Below, piece after piece: positions 48,323 to 57,957 of a stretch of DNA of 64,000 nucleotides. Position numbers and translations under genes: made by a program. The notes under the pieces were generated by a model. The model was not told where the DNA came from. It did not search any database and saw only the letters and a program-made list of their open reading frames with translations. This DNA is from an uncultured Prevotella sp. GTDB lineage: Bacteria; Bacteroidota; Bacteroidia; Bacteroidales; Bacteroidaceae. Each line of letters opens with the position of its first letter. The stretch's first letter is position 1. The stretch spans positions 127,471 to 191,470 of the forward strand of contig CALUHC010000035.1 in NCBI GenBank assembly GCA_944320355.1, given 5' to 3'.

Positions 48323-48440
48323 AAGCTATTGTCCGTTAACTTCCGAGCGGAACGCAGTGGAGCGATAACTTCCGTTAACTCCTTAACTCCCAAAAGAAAA
48401 CTCCTTTAACTCCCAAAAGGAAACGACTTTAACCCCCAAA
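48323..48440. repeat. Family B unit (inverted) followed by a 23-bp tandem repeat
   Basis: GCTATTGTCCGTTAACTTCCGAGCGGAACGCAGTGGAGCGATAAC; TTAACYCCCAAAA three times. Confidence 0.8.
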
Positions 48441-48453
48441 ATACACTTTCCCC

Positions 48454-49359
48454 ATGCAGGAGGTTTGCTTATACACCATCGACGAGGTGAACAAGCGGCT
48501 CGGACAGCCCACGCTCCACCCGCAGGTGGCCGTTCTCGACGCGGCGGCACTGCCGGAAAGCGGGCGCCTGTGCTTCAGCGGCAACTTCTATTCGGTCTGC
48601 TTCCGCCACACCAGCTGCAGCGACCCGCGCTACGGGCGGCGGTGCGCCGACTTCCAGTATGCCACGCTGGCCTTCACCGCGCCGGGCGGCATAGTGACCA
48701 TGGAGCGCGCCGACGCCGTGGCAGGGGGCGCGTCGGGCATACTGTTCCGCCCCGAGCTGTTCAGCATGAAGAGCCTCGTGTTCAAGAAGAACGACTACAC
48801 CTTCTTCGGCTACAGGCCCGAAGAGTCGCTCCACCTGTCGCTGCAGGAGATGCGGGCCGTGCAGGACGGCATGGCACAGATACGCTCCGAGCTGAGCCAC
48901 GACATAGACCGCTTCAGCCTGCGGCTGGCCGCCGTGGGGCTGGAACTGCTCCTCGACCGCTGCCTGCGCTGCTATGAGCGGCAGTTCATCGTGCGGACAG
49001 ACCAGAACCGGCGGCACCTCTCTGCCATAGACACCGCCCTGCGGGCATTCCTCGCGGGCGCAGGCATGAAGTCGGCCGAGCTGGGCGCGGCCTGCGCAAG
49101 GCAGGCCGTGCCACAACTCTCGGAGGCATATCTCGACGACCTTGTGCGCGTGGAGACGGGCAAGACACTGAACGACTACGTGCGCCTGAAGATGGTAGAG
49201 AACGTGAGGGAGCGGCTGTTGCGCGGCAGCCTGACCGCCGACGGCATGGCCGGCGAGTTCGGGAGGCAGGAGACACGGGCACTGACGCTGCTCCACCGCA
49301 GGCTGTACGGCGAGCTTCCCGGCAAACTTGAACAGGCCCTCTGCCGCAAGACAAACTGA
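48454..49359 (+). CDS. AraC-family transcriptional regulator (divergent HTH)
   Basis: HPQVAV, YGRR..DF, FTAPG, YTFFGY..EESLHLS, RCYERQF and ETGKT motifs. Confidence 0.85.
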   Translation: MQEVCLYTIDEVNKRLGQPTLHPQVAVLDAAALPESGRLCFSGNFYSVCFRHTSCSDPRYGRRCADFQYATLAFTAPGGIVTMERADAVAGGASGILFRPELFSMKSLVFKKNDYTFFGYRPEESLHLSLQEMRAVQDGMAQIRSELSHDIDRFSLRLAAVGLELLLDRCLRCYERQFIVRTDQNRRHLSAIDTALRAFLAGAGMKSAELGAACARQAVPQLSEAYLDDLVRVETGKTLNDYVRLKMVENVRERLLRGSLTADGMAGEFGRQETRALTLLHRRLYGELPGKLEQALCRKTN

Positions 49360-49594
49360 GAGGCTGTCCTGATTACATCAAACTTGAGGTCTATCCTTGC
49401 CGGGATGGATCATTTCTTAAAAGCTGCTTTGATTTTATCAACCGCCGGATTGAGTTGGATTCCCGAAACAAACTGGCGAAAACAAACATGGAACAAAGAG
49501 ACAAACGGGCCGCGACCACGCAACGGCGGCGCGCAAAAACAAAGAGGGCCGGAAACCTGCATAAAGCAGAATCCCAGCCCTCTTCGCTCTCCCG

Positions 49595-49668
49595 TCGGGA
49601 TGACTGGACTCGAACCAGCGACCTCACGCCCCCCAGACGCGTGCGCTAACCAACTGCGCTACATCCCG
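49595..49668 (-). tRNA. tRNA-Pro (GGG)
   Basis: CGGGATGTAGCGCAGTTGGTTAGCGCACGCGTCT-GGG-GGGCGTGAGGTCGCTGGTTCGAGTCCAGTCATCCCGA; -7 box at 49702-49709. Confidence 0.96.
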
Positions 49669-49886
49669 AATCAAAAAGTATCTCTTTCCAAAAGAGCAGT
49701 GCAAAGGTAGTCACAATTTGCGAGACGTGCAAATTTTCGGACGATTTTTTTAGCCTGAATTGCAAATGACTGCGAAAAGCGCGGCCGGAGAGCGCACGCG
49801 CCGGACACCGTGCCGCCGGCATTGCCGCGCCATGAGGCAGCCGCCTGCGGGCATCACCGCAATGGAAAGGGAAGGGAACCATACCC

Positions 49887-50067
49887 TTGTTTTCTGGCAC
49901 ACGCCAACCGGCCTGCGCCGCGTCTGTAAGTGGCTGGCTATCAATGGGGTTACAAAACGGCCTGTTTCATCGCCTGAAACGGGTCGTTTCAGCTTGCAAA
50001 ACGCGCCGTTTTGGAACGCGAAACGGCGCGTTTCGCAATGCAAGACGGCAGGCTTTGATTTTTGACA
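49887..50067. repeat. Family A element, full length (181 bp)
   Basis: TTGTTTTCTGGCA ... CTATCAATGGGGTTAC, 5 units, ... TTGATTTTTGACA; same length as 26118-26298. Confidence 0.88.
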
Positions 50068-50129
50068 CGCACCGCGGCGGTTTTCAAAACGCATTCCGCA
50101 TAAACCTACAATGAATGCCCGCAAGTTGA

Positions 50130-50430
50130 CAAACTCTTTTGAAAGACGTTCCACTTGTCCCCTCCTTTTGCAAAGACAATGCCAGCAAGCGGCAAGAGAG
50201 TTTGCTCTCACCTGCCAGAGCACAGCTTGGCTTATGCAAAGGAGGGGCAAGGGTGGTTTGACAAATAAGTTGATATACCATGCGTTTGGCCATTGATTGT
50301 GACATTATTCCACAAACCACCCCCGCCCCTCCTTTGCATAAGGAGAGGCGGGGGTGCGCGTCGGGTCGGCAAAATGCGGACATTCATAAACCCATTTGGC
50401 AAGACATCCCTGCCCCTCCTTTGCATAAGC
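50130..50430. repeat. Family C element (inverted copy of 25860-26020, expanded)
   Basis: CCCCTCCTTTGCA hairpin arms four times; shared linker TTTGTGGAAWAATGTCAC..ATGGCCAAACGCAT.GTATATCA. Confidence 0.8.
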
Positions 50431-50721
50431 CAAGCGGCACGTGGACAATTGCAAGAAGGCGAAGGACGACAAATCTATTTCATTATACAGCCGGATGCTT
50501 CGTTCTTTGTCTGTGTCCGGTTTCCCAAACGCTTCTTTGCTCTTGTCGGCATCTTGTCTGCCGCGTCGTCTCGCCGCGGCCCGCTGCGCCTCCGACAAAG
50601 GCGGCTGCCAATCAGCACGACAATAACAAGGAATCGCTTGGGTTTCTAATGACCAATTTGGGGTTTGACTTCCAAAGCAGACTTCCTTAATTTCTGAGGC
50701 CAACTTCCTAAACTTACAAAC

Positions 50722-50781
50722 AAAAACTCTCCCCCTCGCGGTGCCGAAAGATGGCGGTCGGCACCATGAGGGGGAGGTTTT
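50722..50781 (-). terminator. Intrinsic terminator after yqeY and the dcw operon
   Basis: AAAACTCTCCCCCTC..GGTGCCGA / TCGGCACC..GAGGGGGAGGTTTT. Confidence 0.75.
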
Positions 50782-50805
50782 GGTTCAACAAGACGGTTGC
50801 GGCGG

Positions 50806-51255
50806 TCAGGCCAGCAGGCGTTTCACGGCCTCGCTGATGGCCTTGCCGTCGGCGCGGCCTGCCAGCTGCTTGGAGGCGATGCCCATCACGCGGCCCATGT
50901 CCTTGATGGTCTGCGCGCCCGTCTGGGCTATTATTTCCCTTACGGCGGCCTCTATCTCGCCGTCCGAGAGGGGCTGCGGCAGGTAGCTCTCTATGACGGC
51001 CACCTGCGCCAGCTCGGCGTCGGCGAGGTCCTGGCGGCTCTGCCCGGCATACAGCTCGGCCGAGTCGTGGCCCTGCTTGGCCAGCTTCTGCAGCAGCTTC
51101 AGCGCGTCGGCATCCTCAAGGGTGTCGTTCGCGCCAGGCGCGGTCTTGGCCTCCAAGAATACTTTCTTTATGTTGCGGAGAGCCTCCAGGCGCACTTTGT
51201 CCTTGGCTTTCATGGCCGCAACGATGTCCTTGCTTACTTGATCAAAAAGTGTCAT
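50806..51255 (-). CDS. yqeY: GatB/YqeY domain protein
   Basis: AMKAKDKVRL..LR.IK, YLPQPLS, KDMGRVMG and GRADGK motifs. Confidence 0.92.
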   Translation of the reverse strand: MTLFDQVSKDIVAAMKAKDKVRLEALRNIKKVFLEAKTAPGANDTLEDADALKLLQKLAKQGHDSAELYAGQSRQDLADAELAQVAVIESYLPQPLSDGEIEAAVREIIAQTGAQTIKDMGRVMGIASKQLAGRADGKAISEAVKRLLA

Positions 51256-51267
51256 ATCTCGTTTTGT

Positions 51268-52605
51268 TTATGCGAATCTGATTGTTCCGGGCGCGGAGTC
51301 GGCTGATGCGTCGGCCTGTCCGGCCTTGTCGGCAGGCATATTTCCGGCCTGCGTGTGTATGCTGTCGAGTATCTCGCGCGTGCGCTTGTATGTCGGTGTC
51401 TGCTCCACGGCCGAGATCACGTCGTCATTGTCGAGGTCCTCTGGGCGGAAGAGGTATATGTGTGGTCTCCGCTTGTACTTCATGCTGCCCGCCTCGTTGC
51501 CGTAGTAGCGGTTGCGTCGGTCCTGCCGCTCAGCCGCGCGCTCCTGTTCCTCGGCCATGCGGTTGGCCTCTTCCTGCGTGTGCCGCTTCAGGTGGCCGTT
51601 CATTCCCTCCACGTCCTCTATGCCGAAGCCCGTGGCGAGTATGGTCACCTTCACCTTGTTGCCCAGCTCGGGGTCGGTGGCCAGGCCCCATTTCAGCTCG
51701 AAGTCGCGCCCGAACTTGGAGATGAACTCGTCGACATCGTTCATCTCGTCCATCATCAGGCCGTCCTTGCCGTCCTTCTGGCCGCAGAACGATATGCTGA
51801 GCAGTATCTTCTTGGAGTTGAACACATCGTTGTCGTTGAGCAGCGGCGAGTTGAGCGCGTCCTCGATGGCCTTCTTCACGCGGCCCTCTCCCTCGCCGTA
51901 GCCGGTGCTCATTATGGCCACGCCGCCGTCCTTGAGCACGGTCTTCACGTCGTTGAAGTCGAGGTTGATGAGCCCGTGCACGGTTATTATCTCGGCGATG
52001 CTGCGTGCCGCCACGCTCAGTGTGTCGTCGGCCTTTCCGAAAGCGTCGAGCACTGTCAGCTCTGGATATATCTCGCGCAGGCGCTCGTTGTTGATTACGA
52101 GGAGCGCATCGACGTGCTTTGCCATCTCCTCCACCCCGTCCAAGGCCTGGTCTATCTTGCGCGCGCCCTCAAATCGGAACGGAATGGTGACTATTCCGAC
52201 GGTGAGTATGCCCATCTCCTTGCTCACGCGGGCTATCACCGGGGCGGCTCCCGTGCCGGTGCCGCCGCCCATTCCGGCGGTGATGAAGGCCATGCGCGTG
52301 CCGTCGCTGAGCATATTCTTAATGTCGTCTATGCTCTCCTCGGCGGCCAGGCGGGCACGCTCGGGCCTGTTTCCGGCCCCGAGGCCCTCGCTGCCGAGCT
52401 GCAGGTGGACGGGCACGGGCGAGTCGTTGAGCGCCTGGTTGTCGGTGTTGCAGAGCACGAAAGTGACATCGTGGATGCCCTCGCGGTACATGTGGTTCAC
52501 GGCGTTGCCGCCGCCGCCGCCCACGCCGATGACTTTTATGATGGGATGCTTGTCTTCGGGAGCGCCGAAGTCCACTATGCTGTTAGGATAACTGTTGTCT
52601 GCCAT
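51268..52605 (-). CDS. ftsZ: Cell division protein FtsZ
   Basis: IKVIGVGGGGGNAVN, AGMGGGTGTGAAP and NLDFNDV motifs. Confidence 0.98.
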   Translation of the reverse strand: MADNSYPNSIVDFGAPEDKHPIIKVIGVGGGGGNAVNHMYREGIHDVTFVLCNTDNQALNDSPVPVHLQLGSEGLGAGNRPERARLAAEESIDDIKNMLSDGTRMAFITAGMGGGTGTGAAPVIARVSKEMGILTVGIVTIPFRFEGARKIDQALDGVEEMAKHVDALLVINNERLREIYPELTVLDAFGKADDTLSVAARSIAEIITVHGLINLDFNDVKTVLKDGGVAIMSTGYGEGEGRVKKAIEDALNSPLLNDNDVFNSKKILLSISFCGQKDGKDGLMMDEMNDVDEFISKFGRDFELKWGLATDPELGNKVKVTILATGFGIEDVEGMNGHLKRHTQEEANRMAEEQERAAERQDRRNRYYGNEAGSMKYKRRPHIYLFRPEDLDNDDVISAVEQTPTYKRTREILDSIHTQAGNMPADKAGQADASADSAPGTIRFA

Positions 52606-52637
52606 AATTCCATGTTTTGTGTTTCGCCGAGCGTTTC

Positions 52638-54095
52638 TCACTCCTCGGATATTATCTGTTTGCCTATTTTCTTGAACCAGCGGGCCGCCTTGTTTATCGG
52701 GCTGTTCTGCCTCTTGGCCTCTTCGGCCAGGCGTGCCTCCTCCTCGGCCTTCTCGCGGGCCAGCCGCTCTTCCTCTTCCTTCTTCTCGCGGGCCAGGCGT
52801 GCCTCCTCCTCGGCCTGCCTCTTCTCGGCCTCGGTCTGCACTATGCCCGGCTGTATCTCGTGCGGCTGGCGCGCCTTGGTGCGCTGCTCGGCCACGCCCT
52901 GCGCCGTTTTCTGTCCGCTGAACAGGTCGCCGTTGGCGTTGAGCTCGCCCCCGGCGCAGTTTATGTCGCCCTTGGCCAGCAGTCCGAGCACAGTGTTCAT
53001 TGTGCCGTTCTTGGCCGTTATGTCAGGGTGTGTGGAGGTTATGGCGTGTGTGACGAACTTGGCCACGCGCACCTTGTCTATGTGTGTGTGGTTCATGAAG
53101 GCCTTCTCAATGTTCTTCATGTTGGCCCCTCCGCCCGTGAGCACGATGCCGCCGAGCAGCTTGTCGTAGTAGTCGGAAGGGATTTGGTACCACACGTTCT
53201 CTATGATTTCCTCCATGCGGCTCTCCACTATCTCTATGAACTTGCGGCTGTCCACGCTGCGCTCTGCGTCGATGGGCAGCTTGAGCGAGTTGTCTATGTC
53301 GCCGTTGTCGGTGTAGGCGCAGCCATACTTGAGCTTCATCTTCTCCGCCTCGGCCTCCTCCATCTGCAGCGAGGCGATGTCTTTCGTTATGTTGTTGCTG
53401 CCGAGAGGTATCACGGCGAGGTGCCTTAGGATGTTCTTGCTGAACACGGACACGGTCGTTGTGTCGGCGCCGATGTCCACAAGGGCGCAGCCCGAGCGGC
53501 GCTCTGCCTCCGTGAGCACGCTGTCGGCGAGGGCGAGCGGCGCGAGATACATCTCGGCCACGGTGATTCCGGCGGTCTCGAAGCACTTGTTGAGGTTCTT
53601 GTAGAACGTCTTCCGCTCCAGGATATTGAGGAAATTGCCTTCCAGCCTGGAGCACTGTATGCCCACGGGGTCGAGCTGCAGCTGCGAGTCCACGCGGTAT
53701 TCCTGCGTCACTGCGTCGAGTATCTCAAGGTCAGGGTACTTCATGTTGCGGTTGGCGTCCATCAGGTCTATCACCATTTCCTGCGTCACCTTGGTGTCAG
53801 GGAGCAGGTCCTTGGATATGACGTTGCGGATGCTGCGTATCGACTGCCCGCCCACTCCAACGTAGACCTGCGTTATCTCGGCCTTGAGCTGGGCCGTTAG
53901 CTTGTTCACTATGTTGGTGAGGCACAAGGCAGTCTTGTCGATGTTGTACACCACGCCCTTGCGGATGAACGACGAGGAGTCCTCCCTTACCACCGCGAGC
54001 ACGTTGATGCTTCCGTCGAGGTTCTTCTTTCCGGCAATCCCGGTCATCTTTGACGACCCGAGTTCTATTGCCACTATAAAATCCTTTGCTGCCAT
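52638..54095 (-). CDS. ftsA: Cell division protein FtsA
   Basis: AIELGSSK, VDIGADTT and VLTGGGA motifs; position in dcw. Confidence 0.96.
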   Translation of the reverse strand: MAAKDFIVAIELGSSKMTGIAGKKNLDGSINVLAVVREDSSSFIRKGVVYNIDKTALCLTNIVNKLTAQLKAEITQVYVGVGGQSIRSIRNVISKDLLPDTKVTQEMVIDLMDANRNMKYPDLEILDAVTQEYRVDSQLQLDPVGIQCSRLEGNFLNILERKTFYKNLNKCFETAGITVAEMYLAPLALADSVLTEAERRSGCALVDIGADTTTVSVFSKNILRHLAVIPLGSNNITKDIASLQMEEAEAEKMKLKYGCAYTDNGDIDNSLKLPIDAERSVDSRKFIEIVESRMEEIIENVWYQIPSDYYDKLLGGIVLTGGGANMKNIEKAFMNHTHIDKVRVAKFVTHAITSTHPDITAKNGTMNTVLGLLAKGDINCAGGELNANGDLFSGQKTAQGVAEQRTKARQPHEIQPGIVQTEAEKRQAEEEARLAREKKEEEERLAREKAEEEARLAEEAKRQNSPINKAARWFKKIGKQIISEE

Positions 54096-54196
54096 CTTAT
54101 TGTTTTATGTCTTGTTATATTCATGTTAGCTTGCGCCCGGGCTGCGGTCTTGCCTAGCCCTGCCCCGGCCTGCCGCGCCGGTAATCGCGCCGCGGG

Positions 54197-54958
54197 TCAT
54201 GCGCCGCCGGCGCGCTTGCGCTTCTTGCAGATGATCTGGTTGTCGAACTCCAGGCTTATGTAGGAGTAGCGGTTCCACCCCACGCGGCTAAGCCCGTACT
54301 TGTAGAACTTGGCCAGGCGGTCGAGCTTCTGCCGCACATCGACGGGCCGTCCGAGGTAGACGATGTTGTCGCCAACGCGCGGCACTATCTCCATGGAGCC
54401 GTCGGCGAGCACGTTCACCTGCACTATCTGCCTGTGCCAGAAGCGGTCGGCCACGATGATGTTGCCCACCCTGGTGAGCACTCGGCGGGCATAGTTGCGG
54501 CTGATGGGCCCCGTGGCGATGATGATGTCGCTCACGTACTTGGTGTTCTGCATTATGCCGCCGTGGTTGTCGATATAGTAGTCGTCGCCGTTGTCGGCTT
54601 TCACGCGTATGACAGGCATCCTCTGGCTCAGCTCTATGCACACCTTGCCGCCCTCGGTCTTGTAGCACTGCGCCGCGGCCACGAACGGGCTCTTGCGCAG
54701 TGTCTCCTCTATGGCCCTGACGTTGACGCTCTCCATGGGCTTTGACAGCGGGTAGAGGCCCTTGCGTTGCAGCATGGCCTTTATCTCGTCGGCGTTGAGG
54801 AATCCGTCAACCACGTTGTCGGCGATGTCTATCTTCACCTCCGAGCACTTCTTGGCGCGGCCGCCGGGCTCGTTGAACGCGGTGACGGCGAGCAGCAGGT
54901 ACGCGCCCATTGCCGTGGTCAGAGCCGCGAGTGCGGCTTTCTTCCAGTTGAAAGTCAT
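54197..54958 (-). CDS. ftsQ: Cell division protein FtsQ
   Basis: N-terminal TM, POTRA-like region and Y..ISLEFDNQIIC; between murC and ftsA. Confidence 0.9.
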   Translation of the reverse strand: MTFNWKKAALAALTTAMGAYLLLAVTAFNEPGGRAKKCSEVKIDIADNVVDGFLNADEIKAMLQRKGLYPLSKPMESVNVRAIEETLRKSPFVAAAQCYKTEGGKVCIELSQRMPVIRVKADNGDDYYIDNHGGIMQNTKYVSDIIIATGPISRNYARRVLTRVGNIIVADRFWHRQIVQVNVLADGSMEIVPRVGDNIVYLGRPVDVRQKLDRLAKFYKYGLSRVGWNRYSYISLEFDNQIICKKRKRAGGA

Positions 54959-55032
54959 TCGTTGTTCGTTTTGTCTTGCCGGGCTGTGTGGCGCTTGCGC
55001 CCCTGCTGCCCTTGGCTTGCGGCTGCGCGGCA

Positions 55033-56415
55033 TCAAGCCCTCAGGCGGCCTTGCAGTATCTTTGTTATCTGTGGAACGTAGTTGTCGAGGTCGCCCGCGC
55101 CGAGCACAATGAGCACCTCGAAGTCGTGGCTGGAAACATATTCGAGCACATCCTCCTTGCGTATCATGGCCTTCTCGATGCCAGGGCGCAGGTTGTCGTA
55201 TATCAGCTTGGACGTTACGCCGGGTATGGGCTGCTCGCGCGCCGGGTAGATGTCGCACAGCACGACCTCGTCGAGCAGGCTCAGCCCGTCGGCGAACTCG
55301 CGGTAGAAGTCGCGCGTGCGGGTATAGAGATGTGGCTGGAAGATGGCCGTTATGCGGCGGTCGGCATAGAGCTGGCGTATGCTCTCCACGCTGCGGCGTA
55401 TCTCGGCGGGGTGGTGGGCATAGTCGCTGAGGAAGACCAGCTGCGGTGTCTTTATCTTGAAGTCGAATCGGCGCTCCACTCCCGTGAACGTGCCCATGCC
55501 GTATCGCAGCTCGTCGGCGGTGCAACCGCACAGCTGGGCCATGGCCATGGCGGCCACGGCGTTCTCTATGTTCACCGGAACGGGCTGCCCCAGGCGCACG
55601 TTGTCTACGCGCTCCACGGGCGACACGAAGTCGAACGTTATCTCGCCCCCGCCTATGCGTATGTTCTCGGCGTGGAAGTCGCCCTCGTCGCGGCTGTACT
55701 CATAGCGGCGCACGTCGGGCTGCAGGTCGTCTTTCATCTCCAGCGCGGTGTGGATGATGAGCGCTCCGCCGGGCTGTATTAGCGACGAGTAGTGGCGGAA
55801 GCTCTCAAGGTAGGCCTCCTTCGTGCCGTATATGTCGAGGTGGTCGGGGTCGGTGGCGGTGATGACGCTTATCCACGGGCGCAGCCAGTGGAAGGAGCGG
55901 TCGAACTCGTCGGCCTCTATTACCACGTAGTCGCTGTCGCTGAGTATGTAGTTCGTGCCGTAGTTCTTGGCTATTCCGCCCAGGAAGGCGTTGCAGTCGA
56001 GGTGGCCTTGGTGCATGATGTGGGCGCACATGGACGACGTGGTGGTCTTGCCGTGTGTTCCGGCCACGCACAGTCCGCGGTGCGAGCGCGTCAGCTCGCC
56101 GAGCACCTGGGCGCGCTTCTCTATGCAGAATCCGCCCTCGCGGAAGAACTGCAGCTCCTTGTGGTCGGCCGGTATGGCCGGGGTGTAGACCACGAGGCAC
56201 GCCTTGGGGTTCTTGCACACGTGTGGAATCTCGCTGAGGTCTTCCTCATAGTGTATGAGCATTCCCTCGCGTTCGAGCTGCCTGGTCAGGGCCGACGGGG
56301 TCTTGTCGTATCCGGCCACCACCAGCCCGCGGCTCATGAAGAAGCGGGCTATGGCGCTCATGCCTATTCCGCCGGCGCCTATGAAGTATACTGCCTTTAT
56401 GTCTTTTGGTTCCAT
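55033..56415 (-). CDS. murC: UDP-N-acetylmuramate--L-alanine ligase
   Basis: GAGGIGMSA, AGTHGKTTT, EADEFDRSF, DYAHHP and FQPHLYTRT motifs. Confidence 0.98.
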   Translation of the reverse strand: MEPKDIKAVYFIGAGGIGMSAIARFFMSRGLVVAGYDKTPSALTRQLEREGMLIHYEEDLSEIPHVCKNPKACLVVYTPAIPADHKELQFFREGGFCIEKRAQVLGELTRSHRGLCVAGTHGKTTTSSMCAHIMHQGHLDCNAFLGGIAKNYGTNYILSDSDYVVIEADEFDRSFHWLRPWISVITATDPDHLDIYGTKEAYLESFRHYSSLIQPGGALIIHTALEMKDDLQPDVRRYEYSRDEGDFHAENIRIGGGEITFDFVSPVERVDNVRLGQPVPVNIENAVAAMAMAQLCGCTADELRYGMGTFTGVERRFDFKIKTPQLVFLSDYAHHPAEIRRSVESIRQLYADRRITAIFQPHLYTRTRDFYREFADGLSLLDEVVLCDIYPAREQPIPGVTSKLIYDNLRPGIEKAMIRKEDVLEYVSSHDFEVLIVLGAGDLDNYVPQITKILQGRLRA

Positions 56416-56462
56416 TTCTGTTGGTAATGATGTCTTTTAGTGGGCTGCGCGTGCCGCCGCGG

Positions 56463-57596
56463 TCACTCTCCGCGCGCCAGCCTCACCACCTCGCGGGCTA
56501 TGGCGTCGGCCGAGTCGGGCAGCGCCAGCTTGAGGATGTTGCCGCGCAGCGACGCCAGCCGCAGGTCGTCCTGCACGGTCTCGATGGCCAGCGGCACGAG
56601 CTTTGCCACGGCCTCGGCGTCCCTGACGCAGATGGCCGCGCCCTTGTCCACGAGCGCCATGGCGTTCTTTGTCTGGTGGTCTTCGGCCACGTTTGGCGAC
56701 GGCACGAGTATCACGGGCTTGCCCAGCAGGCAGAACTCCGAGATGCTGCTCGCCCCGGCGCGGCTGATGACGAGGTCGGCGGCGCGGTATGCAGCCCCCA
56801 TGTCGCTGATGAAGTCGGTCACCTTCAGGTTGGCGGGCTGGCCGGCGGCCTCCAGCCTGGCCTTGATGTCGGCGCTGTAGTACTTGCCCGTCTGCCAGAT
56901 GAACTGCACATCCGACTTGCGTATGTCGTCGAGGTGGCTCATCACGCTCTCGTTCACGGTGCGCGCGCCGAGGCTTCCTCCCACCATCAGCACCGTGCGG
57001 CGCGCCGGGTCGAGCCCCATGGCCCCGATGGCCTGCTCGCGGCTGAGGCCGCAGTGCAGCAGTTGCTGGCGCACGGGGTTGCCCGTCTTCATTATCTTGT
57101 CGGCGGGGAAGAAGCGTTCCATGCCGTCGTAGGCCACGCAGATGCGCCTGGCCTTCTTGGCCAGCAGCTTGTTTGTCACCCCGGCATACGAGTTCTGCTC
57201 CTGAATGAGGCAGGGGATGCCCATGCGGGCGGCCTCGTTGAGCGTGGGGCCGCTGGCATATCCGCCCACGCCCACGGCTGCCATGGGGCGGAAGCGGCGT
57301 ATTATCCTGCGCGCCATGCGCTGGCTCTGCCATATCTTGAAGAGCACCTTGACGTTCCTCAGCGGGTTCTTGCGGTCGAAACCGCAGATGGGCAGGCCCT
57401 CTATCTCGTAGCCGGCAGCCGGCACGCGCTGCATCTCCATGCGGCCGAGCGCGCCCACGAAGAGTATCTTTGCGTCGGGGTGCCGGGCCTTTATGGCGTT
57501 GGCTATCGACACGGCGGGGAATATGTGGCCGCCGGTGCCGCCGCCACTGATTATTATCCTCAGTTCTTCGTCCATACGTTCTGAGTCTGGTTTCAT
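56463..57596 (-). CDS. murG: Lipid II GlcNAc transferase MurG
   Basis: GGGTGGHIFP, GGYAS, EQN, GNPVR, GGSLGA and SRAGA motifs; start at 57596 or 57575. Confidence 0.97.
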   Translation of the reverse strand: MKPDSERMDEELRIIISGGGTGGHIFPAVSIANAIKARHPDAKILFVGALGRMEMQRVPAAGYEIEGLPICGFDRKNPLRNVKVLFKIWQSQRMARRIIRRFRPMAAVGVGGYASGPTLNEAARMGIPCLIQEQNSYAGVTNKLLAKKARRICVAYDGMERFFPADKIMKTGNPVRQQLLHCGLSREQAIGAMGLDPARRTVLMVGGSLGARTVNESVMSHLDDIRKSDVQFIWQTGKYYSADIKARLEAAGQPANLKVTDFISDMGAAYRAADLVISRAGASSISEFCLLGKPVILVPSPNVAEDHQTKNAMALVDKGAAICVRDAEAVAKLVPLAIETVQDDLRLASLRGNILKLALPDSADAIAREVVRLARGE

Positions 57597-57608
57597 GTTG
57601 TCTCTGTG

Positions 57609-57616
57609 CAAAATTA
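57609..57616 (-). promoter_or_regulatory. Internal dcw -7 promoter box upstream of murG
   Basis: TAATTTTG(CA) on the minus strand in an AT-rich patch. Confidence 0.55.
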
Positions 57617-57768
57617 ATAATTTTATCTTGTACGCGCTAATTTTAACCGTTATTTTTTGGCCGGCCGCCAGAAGCGTCAGGCGGCGGCTCAGCCACCGTT
57701 CGGCAGCCCCCCAGGCACTCGCCTGGCGGCCTTTCGCACATCTCTGCGGCGGCACTCGCGACGCCCGG

Positions 57769-57890
57769 CATAACACCTTGAGCCTCAACGCGTTGCGAAA
57801 CGGGTCGTTTTGGCTTGCGAAACGGGCCGTTTCACCGCCTGAAACGTGCCGTTTTGGAACGCGAAACGGGCCGTTTCGCAAAACGGTTTG
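57769..57890. repeat. Family A element
   Basis: TAACACCTTGAGCCTCAACGCGTTG followed by four 22-bp units. Confidence 0.85.
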
Positions 57891-57957
57891 GCGCGCCCCT
57901 CCCCGCGTGATGCTGCAAACACCGTGCCTACCTGCGCCCGGGCGGCATCCGCCAGCG

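Noticed and set aside
49380-49700. Integrative element at tRNA-Pro
   Set aside because: No integrase and no duplicated tRNA 3' end seen in the window.
52690-52830. Repetitive EEEARLAREK segment in FtsA as an inserted element
   Set aside because: It is a charged coiled-coil linker before the C-terminal amphipathic helix and is unrelated to the DNA repeat families.
54959-55531. 444-aa FtsQ with a long N-terminal extension
   Set aside because: The extension overlaps murC in another frame; the real start is MTFNWKK at 54958.
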